Assembly (NCBI GenBank): GCA_900757595.1
Contig: CAAEOL010000023.1
Coordinates: 2,248-66,247 of the forward strand
From: an uncultured Collinsella sp.
GTDB lineage: Bacteria; Actinomycetota; Coriobacteriia; Coriobacteriales; Coriobacteriaceae
Direction of reading: 5' to 3'
Length of the DNA: 64,000 nt
Position 1 is the stretch's first letter, and the number at the start of each line of letters is the position of its first letter. Below are positions 28,394-37,270 of this stretch, piece after piece. Below the pieces are notes generated by a model. It was not told the origin of the DNA. It saw nothing but the letters and a program-made list of their open reading frames with translations, and did not search any database. Both the position numbers and the translations under genes were made by a program.

Positions 28394-28547
28394 CAAAACT
28401 ATGCCGGTTTACTACGGTGAATTGTCAATCGCCGAGCAAGCCGATTATGCGAAAAACAAAACCGCAGGTAGACGGGGCGTTCATTTCCTAAAAACCAGCG
28501 TGTGGTCGGATATCGCGGGTTTATCGTAGTAAACTGGCATAGTTTTG
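28394..28547. repeat. 154-bp element with 28-bp terminal inverted repeats
   Basis: CAAAACTATGCCGGTTTACTACGGTGAA / TTTATCGTAGTAAACTGGCATAGTTTTG (25/28 match). Confidence 0.7.
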
Positions 28548-28653
28548 TTATGCCACCAATTCAGTAGCAGCAATAATAAGCCAAAAGAACGAAAAAGCGC
28601 CCGTCGGCGGAGGTGCCGGCGGGCGCTGCTGTGCGATATGTTGCGTTATGGGC

Positions 28654-29706
28654 TTAATGCCTCATAAAATGGTATTCGATCACATTGCTGTAGGGGTGAC
28701 CTGGGCCCACAATGCCCTGCGGGAACAGCGGCTGGTGCGGCGTGTCGGGGTACATCTCTGCCTCGAGGGCAAAGCCGGCGCCCCAGCCATAGTTGGCATC
28801 GTCCTTGGCGTGCTCGTCGCCCAGCCAGTTGCCGGTGTAGAGCTGCACACCCGGGGCGGTGGTGTAGTAGTCAAGCTCGCGGCCGGTCCACATCTCCTCG
28901 ACGTGCATCGCACGGCGCAGATTACGGCCGTACTGATAGCCATCGATGCACAGGCAGTGATCGTAGCCACGTGCCTGCTTAATCTGCGGGTCGTCGGCTT
29001 CCATGCCGGGAGCGACGGGGCGCAGCTCGCGAAAGTCAAACGGTGTTCCTTCGACCGGGGCAATTTCTCCGGTGGGGATGTTCTGCTCGTTAATGGGCAG
29101 GTAGTGGGCGGCGTTAGCAACAAAGAAGTGCTCACAGTCCATGCCAGCGTTATGACCGGCAAGGTTAAAGTACGTGTGGTTGGTCATGGACACATAAGTG
29201 GCGCGGTCGCTCTCGCAGCCATACTCGATACGGAAACGTCCGGTGCGCGTCACGGTAAACACGGCCGTAAAGGTGCGGTTGCCGGGCAGGCCCAGCTCGC
29301 CATCCTTAAGCGAGGTGGTCATGCGCACGGCGTTGTGGACCTCGTCGAGTTCAACGTCCCACACGCGCTTGTGCAGGCCGTGCTCAAGATCGCTGTGCAG
29401 GTTGTTGACGCCTTCGTTGGTGGGCATATGCCAGTCCGTGCCGGCGATGGTGATCGTGGCACCCGCGGTGCGGTTGGCCACGGGGCCGATAGTCGCGCCA
29501 AAGCAGGCGGGGTTGTCAAAGTAATCCTCGAGCTTATCGAAGCCCAGCACCACATCGCGCACGTTGCCGGGAATGTCGGGCACATCGATACCCAGCACGG
29601 TGGCGCCATAGTCCATAATGCGAACGCAGATCTCGGGCCCGTTGAGGGTGTAACGATGAACGGGGGTACCGCACGGCGCGGTGCCGAAAAGCTCGGAAGT
29701 GATCAT
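28654..29706 (-). CDS. galM: Galactose mutarotase (aldose 1-epimerase)
   Basis: GATIGPVANR, NNLH, MTNHTYFNL, GYDH, QLYTGNW. Confidence 0.92.
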   Translation of the reverse strand: MITSELFGTAPCGTPVHRYTLNGPEICVRIMDYGATVLGIDVPDIPGNVRDVVLGFDKLEDYFDNPACFGATIGPVANRTAGATITIAGTDWHMPTNEGVNNLHSDLEHGLHKRVWDVELDEVHNAVRMTTSLKDGELGLPGNRTFTAVFTVTRTGRFRIEYGCESDRATYVSMTNHTYFNLAGHNAGMDCEHFFVANAAHYLPINEQNIPTGEIAPVEGTPFDFRELRPVAPGMEADDPQIKQARGYDHCLCIDGYQYGRNLRRAMHVEEMWTGRELDYYTTAPGVQLYTGNWLGDEHAKDDANYGWGAGFALEAEMYPDTPHQPLFPQGIVGPGHPYSNVIEYHFMRH

Positions 29707-29912
29707 TTGGTTCCTAACATCGAGATATTTCGGACAAACTGTAGCGCGAACAGGCGAGATTATCACTACACCCCACTAAAGCAGGGGGTATTTTTCTCAA
29801 AAAAGTGATGATTGGAGCTGTGCGGGCGTTCATTTTTGACGCGCACGAGTCTGATACAATTTGTTCGTTACTGTTTGAATGATATGCGTGCAAAGAACGG
29901 CGAGGATTCATC

Positions 29913-30677
29913 GTGATTAAGGCAGAGCGACAGGATAAGGTTCGTCAGCTGCTCGAAGAGCAGGGCACGGTTTCGGTCAAGGAGATTTCGGATACGCTGG
30001 GCGTTTCGGATATGACGATTCGCCGCGACCTCGAAGAACTTGCGAGCCTGGGCGAGATCGAGCGCGTACACGGTGGCGCCCGTAGCGCACAGGGACGTCC
30101 CCATGCTATGTTGCGCCATGAGTATTCGCACAGCGAAAAGCGCACTAAGCATGCCGAGGAAAAGCTACAGATTGCGCGCCGTGCTGTGGAGCTTATCGAG
30201 GAGGGCTCGACCATCTTTTTGGGTACGGGCACTACGGTGGAACAGATGGCCTCGATGCTGCCGGCGTGTCGCCTGCGCATTGTGACCAACTCGCTTTCGG
30301 TGTTTAACCTGCTCGAGGCGCGCGAAGACTGCGACCTGTGCCTCGTGGGCGGTATGTACCGTCGCCGCACCGCCGCTTTTGTGGGACCAACGGCCGAGGA
30401 TACCCTGCGTGCGTTGGGCATCGACGCGGCGTTTATCGGCGCCAACGGCATTCTGGATGGCGACGTATCTACGTCCAACATGGACGAGGGCCGTATCCAA
30501 CAGCTCGCCTTTAGCAAGGCCGACTCGCGCTATCTGATCGCCGATTCCAGCAAAATTGGTAAGCGCGACTTCTACACGTTCTGCCGCCTGGACAATTTGG
30601 ATGCCGTGGTGTGCGAGCCGGGTATTACCGCCGAGGATCGCGCCGCCATCGAGGAACACACGCAGGTCATTTGCTAG
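29913..30677 (+). CDS. lacR: DeoR/GlpR-family regulator (LacR-like)
   Basis: GVSDMTIRRDL..RVHGGA, GTGTT, TNSL. Confidence 0.85.
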   Translation: MIKAERQDKVRQLLEEQGTVSVKEISDTLGVSDMTIRRDLEELASLGEIERVHGGARSAQGRPHAMLRHEYSHSEKRTKHAEEKLQIARRAVELIEEGSTIFLGTGTTVEQMASMLPACRLRIVTNSLSVFNLLEAREDCDLCLVGGMYRRRTAAFVGPTAEDTLRALGIDAAFIGANGILDGDVSTSNMDEGRIQQLAFSKADSRYLIADSSKIGKRDFYTFCRLDNLDAVVCEPGITAEDRAAIEEHTQVIC

Positions 30678-30733
30678 CTAGCGATATAGACGATACTTCT
30701 GTCCCCCAGCCGGCGCGGGGATTACCGCTTCAC

Positions 30734-30785
30734 AATGACGCGGAAAATGACACGTAAATGTAAAAATGTCATTTTCCGCGTCATT
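30734..30785. repeat. Perfect 19-bp inverted repeat downstream of fic
   Basis: AATGACGCGGAAAATGACA / TGTCATTTTCCGCGTCATT. Confidence 0.8.
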
Positions 30786-30859
30786 TTACGCGTCAACGTG
30801 ACGTGAAATGACTCGCAAATAGTTTTGGGCAACAAGGGTGAGGCCATTCTGAGATATGG

Positions 30860-32092
30860 CTAGACTTCGTATTTCGCTTTGATATTCCTTGAGAATGAAC
30901 TGTAGTCTTCGTAGAGTTCGTCTCTGCTTTCATCTTCCGCGCGGTTTATGCGTTCAAGGAGTTTGTCCTTTGGGGACTCTTTTGTAATTTCTGACCTGCC
31001 GTCGGGTATTGCGGATTGCAAGAATAATTCCAGGGCGTGGACGTCTTTGAGTATGTAGCCCGTCGAACGACCCGCTCCTGTTTTCTCGATTGCGCTGCAA
31101 CCAACAAGCTGACTGAGAGTTCGTTTAACGGTTATCTCGCTGATATCGGGGCAGTTGGACTGGATGTCGGATTTCTTGATGACGCCGGGTCTCTGCTGAA
31201 ATAGAGCAGCTATACGTGCTTGCTTCGACATGGGGTGAGTGCCAGATTCAATCTGGGTGTGCTGCTCGAGCTGTCGGTAGGCCGCCAGGATGGTTCCGAG
31301 CATAAAACGGATAAAGGGCACTTCGGTGTTTTGATTTTCATTCCATCCAGTGGAGCTTGCGGCGAGGGCGTTGTAGTAAAGCGCTTTATTGTCTTCAATG
31401 AGACGTTCGATGCTGATGTAACGCGCAACGTCGTATCCAGTCTTTTCGAGTAGCAGCGTTGTAAGGAGCCGGCTCATCCTACCATTGCCATCGTTGAAGG
31501 GATGAATGCTGACAAAATCGAAGATGAAGCGCAATGATATAAGGAGGGGGTCGCAAACTTGACGAGATAAGGCATCATTGAGGGACCGACAGGCTTCTTC
31601 GATAAGTCCGGGGGTTGCCAGGGCCGAAGGCGGCCTAAAGCGCACAAATCGATTGCCTTGATCGTCGATGGAGATGATTTCGTTATCGCTATCTTTCCAA
31701 TGGCCCCCATACGAGATTGCTGTGTGTGCCATGAGGTCACGATGCAACTGCAAAATGACCGATGGCGTTACGGGAATGAAATCGTGCTGCTCGTGAATAA
31801 GCGACAGCGCATCTCGGTATCCAGCGATTTCTTCCTCTGCGCGGGAGCTTGGCTTGGCGGAATACGCCATGATTGCTTTGAGCCTTTTTTGGGTGGTAAC
31901 AATTCCTTCAAGTCCGTTGGAGGATTGGGTGCTTTGAATCTTAGCTTCCTCCATAAGGGACGATAGAAGCTCGGGTTTGACTTGGCTCAGAACAAGTTGT
32001 CGGCCTTTATGCTCGCGTATCGAGAGAAGGAGATTGGTGATTGGGGTTGCTTCGAGTTCCGCTGGGACAGTGGCGTAATCGAACTGTCGCAT
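30860..32092 (-). CDS. Fic family protein (class II, with C-terminal HTH)
   Basis: Catalytic motif HPFNDGNGRMSR; N-terminal inhibitory-type SNGLEG; lower GC than its neighbours. Confidence 0.93.
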   Translation of the reverse strand: MRQFDYATVPAELEATPITNLLLSIREHKGRQLVLSQVKPELLSSLMEEAKIQSTQSSNGLEGIVTTQKRLKAIMAYSAKPSSRAEEEIAGYRDALSLIHEQHDFIPVTPSVILQLHRDLMAHTAISYGGHWKDSDNEIISIDDQGNRFVRFRPPSALATPGLIEEACRSLNDALSRQVCDPLLISLRFIFDFVSIHPFNDGNGRMSRLLTTLLLEKTGYDVARYISIERLIEDNKALYYNALAASSTGWNENQNTEVPFIRFMLGTILAAYRQLEQHTQIESGTHPMSKQARIAALFQQRPGVIKKSDIQSNCPDISEITVKRTLSQLVGCSAIEKTGAGRSTGYILKDVHALELFLQSAIPDGRSEITKESPKDKLLERINRAEDESRDELYEDYSSFSRNIKAKYEV

Positions 32093-32100
32093 GTGGCTCC

Positions 32101-32175
32101 TTTCAGTATCACGAACATACTTTCGGTATCATAATAACATAGAATGATACCGAAAGTATGTTCGTGATACTGAAA
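32101..32175. repeat. Perfect 32-bp inverted repeat over the fic upstream region
   Basis: TTTCAGTATCACGAACATACTTTCGGTATCAT, 11-nt loop, ATGATACCGAAAGTATGTTCGTGATACTGAAA. Confidence 0.9.
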
Positions 32176-32230
32176 CAAGGTAAGAGGCGCGCTTCACAGC
32201 TGCTTGGAAAGCGCGGATTTGACTATCTAA

Positions 32231-32451
32231 TTGTCTCATCTGTAACAGTTGAAACCAAAAAAACTCGGCTAGATGTTACAGATCGAGATTGTTTGGATTG
32301 GTTCGAACGTTTGTCTCGATCTGTAACAGGTAGGGCCGGAATACTCGGTTACGTGTTACAGATCGAGATCTTCAAGTTCGGGCCGCTCGTTTGTCTTGAT
32401 CTATAACAGGTAGGACCGAAAACCCCTGCTAGATGTTACAGATTGAGACAA
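32231..32451. repeat. Three palindromic REP-like units with an 80-bp period
   Basis: TCT(C)RATCTGTAACA-~23nt-TGTTACAGATYGAGA at 32231, 32311 and 32391. Confidence 0.85.
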
Positions 32452-32534
32452 GCGGGTCGCTCAAAACAAAAAAGCCGCATGCGATCCCGTGGAGGGACTC
32501 ACATGCGGCCGACAGGGGAGGTATGCGGCGGAAA

Positions 32535-33956
32535 CTAGGCCATGAGCAGGCCGGTCTCCGCGACGTTCTTGTACCAGTACGCGCTCGCCTTGGGATAGCG
32601 CTTCTGGGTCTCAAAGTCGATGTAGAACAGGCCATAGCGCTTGTTATAGCCGTTGGTCCAGGAGAACTGGTCCTGCAGCGACCACACAAAGTAACCGTCG
32701 ACGTTTACGCCGCCGTCGATTGCCTTGAGGATCCACGCGAGATGCTGACGCATATAGTCGATGCGAGGGGCATCGTCGATAAAGCCGTCCTCAAAGTCGT
32801 CCTTATAGCCCATGCCGTTCTCGGTGATGTAGATCTTCTTGTAGTTGGGGTAATCGTTCTTAATGCGGAGCAGCAGGTCGTACAGGCCCTCGGGATAGAT
32901 GATCCAGTCCCAATCGGTGGTGGGAACGCCTTCGCGCACGCATGCCTCGCCCACGCCCTTGAGGAACCAGCGCGAGGAGCCCTTGTCGCCGGTGCCATTG
33001 TGGTTGATGTCGTTTTCGCCCTCGGCGGCACGCAGGAACTGGCACTTGTAGGTGTTGACGCCCAGGCAATCGTTGTAGGGGAGCGCGGCGGTCAGCGCGG
33101 CGATGTCCTCGTCGCGGACGTCGAGCTCGCCGCCGGCGATATGGGCCAGCTTGGTCGCAGCTTCCATGGTGTCGGCTGCATAGTGGCCGCGGAAGGTGGC
33201 GTCGAGTACCCAGCGGTTGTTGATGACGTCGGCCATGCGAGCTGCCTCGCAGTCGGCGGCATTGTTGGGGTCGAGGGGATACTTGGGCTCCAGGTTCTGG
33301 ACAATGCCGATCTCGCCCTCAAAGCCGCCCTCATGGAAGGCGACGACAGCCTTGGCGTGGGCCACCATCATGTTGTGCATGAGCTGGAAGGCCTTGTCCA
33401 GGCGGTACTTCTCGCCGTGCGGCCAGTTGCCGACGATAAAGCTGCCCTCGGCGGTTGCGGGAATCTCGTTAAACGTGAACCAGTGCTTGACCTCGGTGAA
33501 CTCGGCAAAGCAGAACTTGGCGTACTCGACGAAGGCGTCGATGGTCGTGCGCGTCAGGAAGCCCTCGCCACCGTTCTGGTAAAAGGCCTCGGGCGTATCG
33601 AAGTGATCGAGCGTGACATAGGGGATAACGCCAGCTTTGTTGCAGGTGGCAAAAAGCTCGTGATAGAAAGCGACGCCCTCGGGGTTAACCTCGCCGGTGC
33701 CACTGGGGAAGATACGGCTCCAAGCGATGGAGACGCGAATGCCGTTGATGCCGAAGCGCTGGCACAGGTCGATATCGACCGGATACTTGTTGTAGAAATC
33801 GCTTGCGGGGTCGGGGGAGAAGCGACCCTGAGCAGCCAGGAAATCGTCCCAGGGCACTTTGCCCTTGCCGTGCGTGCGGGTCTCACCCTCAACCTGGTAA
33901 GCGGCGGTGGCGCCGCCAAACACAAAGCCGTCGGGGAACTGCATGGGGTTGTTCAT
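32535..33956 (-). CDS. lacG: 6-phospho-beta-galactosidase (GH1), paralog 1
   Basis: GGATAAYQVEG, TFNE and ITENG catalytic motifs, DQFSWTNGY. Confidence 0.92.
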   Translation of the reverse strand: MNNPMQFPDGFVFGGATAAYQVEGETRTHGKGKVPWDDFLAAQGRFSPDPASDFYNKYPVDIDLCQRFGINGIRVSIAWSRIFPSGTGEVNPEGVAFYHELFATCNKAGVIPYVTLDHFDTPEAFYQNGGEGFLTRTTIDAFVEYAKFCFAEFTEVKHWFTFNEIPATAEGSFIVGNWPHGEKYRLDKAFQLMHNMMVAHAKAVVAFHEGGFEGEIGIVQNLEPKYPLDPNNAADCEAARMADVINNRWVLDATFRGHYAADTMEAATKLAHIAGGELDVRDEDIAALTAALPYNDCLGVNTYKCQFLRAAEGENDINHNGTGDKGSSRWFLKGVGEACVREGVPTTDWDWIIYPEGLYDLLLRIKNDYPNYKKIYITENGMGYKDDFEDGFIDDAPRIDYMRQHLAWILKAIDGGVNVDGYFVWSLQDQFSWTNGYNKRYGLFYIDFETQKRYPKASAYWYKNVAETGLLMA

Positions 33957-34031
33957 GAGTCATCCTTTCTGTGGGATACGAATAGGGAGAGATGCCCGAA
34001 CTGGGGATCCGGGCACCAACAGAGGGAGGAG

Positions 34032-35810
34032 CTAGTCGAGGTTCTCGCGGAGCCACTTGATGGCGCCGGCGGGGTCGCGAGTAAGGTCGATATATTCCTT
34101 GCCGCGCGGGGCGAGCAGCTTAATGCCCAGACGATCGGTGTCGGCCTTCATGTCGTTGTAGTAGCTACGAACCTGCGGGGCGAGCACGATGACGTCGTAC
34201 TGATCCATGATGGCAGTGTGCTGGCCATAGGCGCCTGCGGAGGAAGCGATGTTCTCTCCGGTCTGCGCGGCACCTTCTTTGATGGCGTTGGCAAGCATGG
34301 CAGAGGTGCCGGCGCCGGCGCACAGGACGAGGACCTTCAGGCCATCGACATCCTTCTTGGCGGATGCATCGGCGGCGGGCTCGGGCTGATCGGCGACAGG
34401 CTTGCTGTCGGCGGCGGCAACGGTCGTCTCGACGGAAGCGGTAGCCTGCTCGACAGCGGGCGCAGAGGCGTTGGCGGCGATGACAGCGGCACCATCGGAC
34501 TCGAGACCCAGCTCGGCGGCGCGCTCGGCCTCCTGGTCGCAGAGCAGCTTATCGTATGCCTTCAAGAACGGCAGGTAGATGATGGCGTCCAGCAAGATGA
34601 TGATCGCGACAAACACCAGGGCGATAAGCTGGAAGTTCGTGGTAATGAAGATGCCGATGGGGGCGGGGGTGGCCCAAGGCACCACGAAGGAGAAGCCGTT
34701 CATGCCCACGTTATCGATAAAGAACTTGGCAACACTCACGTTGACGCAGCCGGCGGCAACAAAGGGGATGAGCATGTAGGGGTTAAGGATCATCGGCGCG
34801 CCAAAGAGCAGCGGTTCGTTGACGGCGAATGCGACAGGAACAATCGAGGCCTTGCCGACGGCTTTGAGCTGCTTGGACTTCATAAAGAGAATCAGCAGAA
34901 GCGGCACGATGAAGGTGGCGCCGGTACCGCCGAACTCACCCACGAGCGACATGTTAAAGGTGAGGGAGTGGGCGGGGTGGCCACCGGCCAGCAGAACCTG
35001 CAGGTTCTCGGCCTGGTTGGCAAGACGGATGGGGTCGATGCCCGGCTGGACGATCGAGGGGCCGTGGACGCCGATGAACCAGAAGAACGCGGTTGCTGCC
35101 TGGATAAGGATAAGGCCAGGATAGGTTTCTGCAGCGGTAAAGAGCGGGGAGAGCAGTTTGATAAGCAGCTCGGAGAACGGAACGCCCATGAGGTTGCGCA
35201 CGACGACATCGATGATGCCGCAGATGATGACGGCGCCGCCAAAGGGGATGATGTCACGGAAGTTCTGAGCGATGGCGCCCGGGACCTCCTTGGGCAGCTT
35301 AATAGTCAGATCGCGCGAGACGCAGAACTTATAGACCCACACGGTAATGAACGCGGCGATATAGGCCGAGAACAGACCGCGCGTGCCCATGCTGGTGCAA
35401 TCGAAGACCGAAAGTTCGGAGCCGTTGAACTTGGTGGTGAACTGCGTGACTGCGAGCAGCAGCATGCTGCACTGGGCGGCCACCATGGTGGAACCGTCGT
35501 TGAGAACTTTGCCGGCGGGCATGCGACGGTTCATGGAAGCCGTAAAGTTCTTGGCAGTGGTGCCGGCAACCATGATGCCCATGACGCCCATGGTGAAGTT
35601 GTAGAGCTTGTTGCACCAGTCGATGAGCGGCTGGGGCAGTGTGATGCCAACCACGCCGGGAAGCGTGGCGATCAACAGAAAGATCGAAGAGGTGAGGACG
35701 ATGGGCATGCACCCAAGGAATCCGTCCTTGATGGCCTGGAGGTAGATGTTCCTCGAGATCTTCTCAAAGAACGGCTGATGCTTTTCGAGCATCTTTACGA
35801 TGGCGTCCAT
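34032..35810 (-). CDS. lacE: Lactose-family PTS EIICB, paralog 1
   Basis: YLQAIKDGF, WFIGVHG, GGTGAT, NEPLLFG; IIB motif VLVLCAGAGTS. Confidence 0.92.
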   Translation of the reverse strand: MDAIVKMLEKHQPFFEKISRNIYLQAIKDGFLGCMPIVLTSSIFLLIATLPGVVGITLPQPLIDWCNKLYNFTMGVMGIMVAGTTAKNFTASMNRRMPAGKVLNDGSTMVAAQCSMLLLAVTQFTTKFNGSELSVFDCTSMGTRGLFSAYIAAFITVWVYKFCVSRDLTIKLPKEVPGAIAQNFRDIIPFGGAVIICGIIDVVVRNLMGVPFSELLIKLLSPLFTAAETYPGLILIQAATAFFWFIGVHGPSIVQPGIDPIRLANQAENLQVLLAGGHPAHSLTFNMSLVGEFGGTGATFIVPLLLILFMKSKQLKAVGKASIVPVAFAVNEPLLFGAPMILNPYMLIPFVAAGCVNVSVAKFFIDNVGMNGFSFVVPWATPAPIGIFITTNFQLIALVFVAIIILLDAIIYLPFLKAYDKLLCDQEAERAAELGLESDGAAVIAANASAPAVEQATASVETTVAAADSKPVADQPEPAADASAKKDVDGLKVLVLCAGAGTSAMLANAIKEGAAQTGENIASSAGAYGQHTAIMDQYDVIVLAPQVRSYYNDMKADTDRLGIKLLAPRGKEYIDLTRDPAGAIKWLRENLD

Positions 35811-35914
35811 AGAGCTCCTTTGCTACTTAATGCGCGATGCATGTGGATGGAACTGGTCGTCGATGGATGGTCAGGACTGCCCGGAAACCTTCCTGCTTAA
35901 GGAAGGCATTGCGA

Positions 35915-35957
35915 AATGACAACGTAGGACATTTCGTTAATGACAACGTAAGACATT
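35915..35957. promoter_or_regulatory. Tandem LacI-type operators
   Basis: AATGACAACGTAGGACATT and AATGACAACGTAAGACATT. Confidence 0.65.
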
Positions 35958-36095
35958 ATTGGAAGAGCAACAAGGATTTACGGGTGAACGGTCGATATTG
36001 TCCGATAAACGGCTGATTTGTCAGTCGGGCAGGTAGTGTATGCTAGAACGCAAAAAACAAGCGATACGAAACCGACTGGAGAAGCAGTGGCAACG

Positions 36096-37097
36096 ATGGA
36101 CAAGAAAAGCGTCTCAATGAACGATGTGGCGGTTGCCGCGGGTGTTTCCCTCAAGACGGTGTCTCGTGTGATCAATGAGCCCGATAGCGTGCGAGAGTCG
36201 ACGCGCGATAGGGTCCATGCTGCCATGGAAGCGCTTGAGTTCCGGGCGAACTTTGCCGCGCGTTCACTCAAGTTGGGTCGTTACGGGTGCATCGGCGTCG
36301 TGATGTTCCACTTGTCGGGCGGCGCCGTGGACATGATTGACGGTATCGCAGATGCCGCCGAAGAGCGAGGCTTTGCGCTCACGATGATTAAGAAGCGCGC
36401 AGGGGAGAAGATGACCCTTGCTGATGCGGCACGTAGGATGTCGCAGCTTCCCGTCGACGGCATGATCTTCAACCTGCGTCAGATGGTCGATGACTTTGAT
36501 ACCTTTGAGGCGCCGAAAGACCTCAAGACGGTGATTATCACGCCGATGGAACATCCTACCTGCTCTACCGTTAGTGACGATCAAGAGGGTGGTGCGCGCA
36601 TGGCGTGCGAGCACTTTTTAAATCGCGGGCACAAGAACGTGTATTTCGTCTCTGGTAAGAAAGAGTCGCTGTCGAGCCAGTGCCGTATGAAAGGTTGGCG
36701 TGCGGCACTCGAGGCGCGTGGCATTGAGCCGCCCGAGCCTCTGCAAGGCGATTGGAATGCGGATAGTGGCTATGCCGCGGGCCTTGTGCTTGCCGATAAA
36801 CCCGATTGCACGGCGGTCCTCGCTGCTAACGACTGCATGGCAAACGGCGTGATGATGGCTCTACGTGACAAAGGGCTCAGTGTGCCCGACGACGTGTCCG
36901 TGATCGGCTTCGACGATGAGCTTTACAAGACGATTCCCAACTCGATTCTGACGTCGGTGAAGTTTCGCCACCGCGAGCTGGGCATCCGCGCGCTCAATGA
37001 GGTCGTCGCAGGTCTTGAGGCTCCGAGCTCCAGAAGCCGTACGCTCGTCTCGGGCGTGTTGGTCGAGCGTTCCAGCGTAAAGGACCTACGGGCGTAG
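36096..37097 (+). CDS. LacI-family regulator 1
   Basis: MNDVAVAAGVSLKTVSRVIN; VPDDVSVIGFDD. Confidence 0.93.
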   Translation: MDKKSVSMNDVAVAAGVSLKTVSRVINEPDSVRESTRDRVHAAMEALEFRANFAARSLKLGRYGCIGVVMFHLSGGAVDMIDGIADAAEERGFALTMIKKRAGEKMTLADAARRMSQLPVDGMIFNLRQMVDDFDTFEAPKDLKTVIITPMEHPTCSTVSDDQEGGARMACEHFLNRGHKNVYFVSGKKESLSSQCRMKGWRAALEARGIEPPEPLQGDWNADSGYAAGLVLADKPDCTAVLAANDCMANGVMMALRDKGLSVPDDVSVIGFDDELYKTIPNSILTSVKFRHRELGIRALNEVVAGLEAPSSRSRTLVSGVLVERSSVKDLRA

Positions 37098-37110
37098 ACG
37101 TGCTCGGCTC

Positions 37111-37175
37111 GTTCATCTCAATCTGTAACAGTTAGGATCGAAAAACTCGGCTAGATGTTACAGATTGAGATGAAC
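37111..37175. repeat. Palindromic REP-like unit (same family as 32231)
   Basis: GTTCATCTCAATCTGTAACA...TGTTACAGATTGAGATGAAC. Confidence 0.85.
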
Positions 37176-37270
37176 AGGAGGACGGGTGCGGTCTAAACAA
37201 AATGGCCCGCGCATCACACATCGATGCACGGGCCATTTTTTGTCTGCGAGCGGTAGGTAGCGTCAGCGTC

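Noticed and set aside
32231..32451. Regularly spaced repeats as a CRISPR array
   Set aside because: Units are ~60-bp degenerate hairpins with short linkers and are dispersed at three loci; there is no leader and no cas gene.
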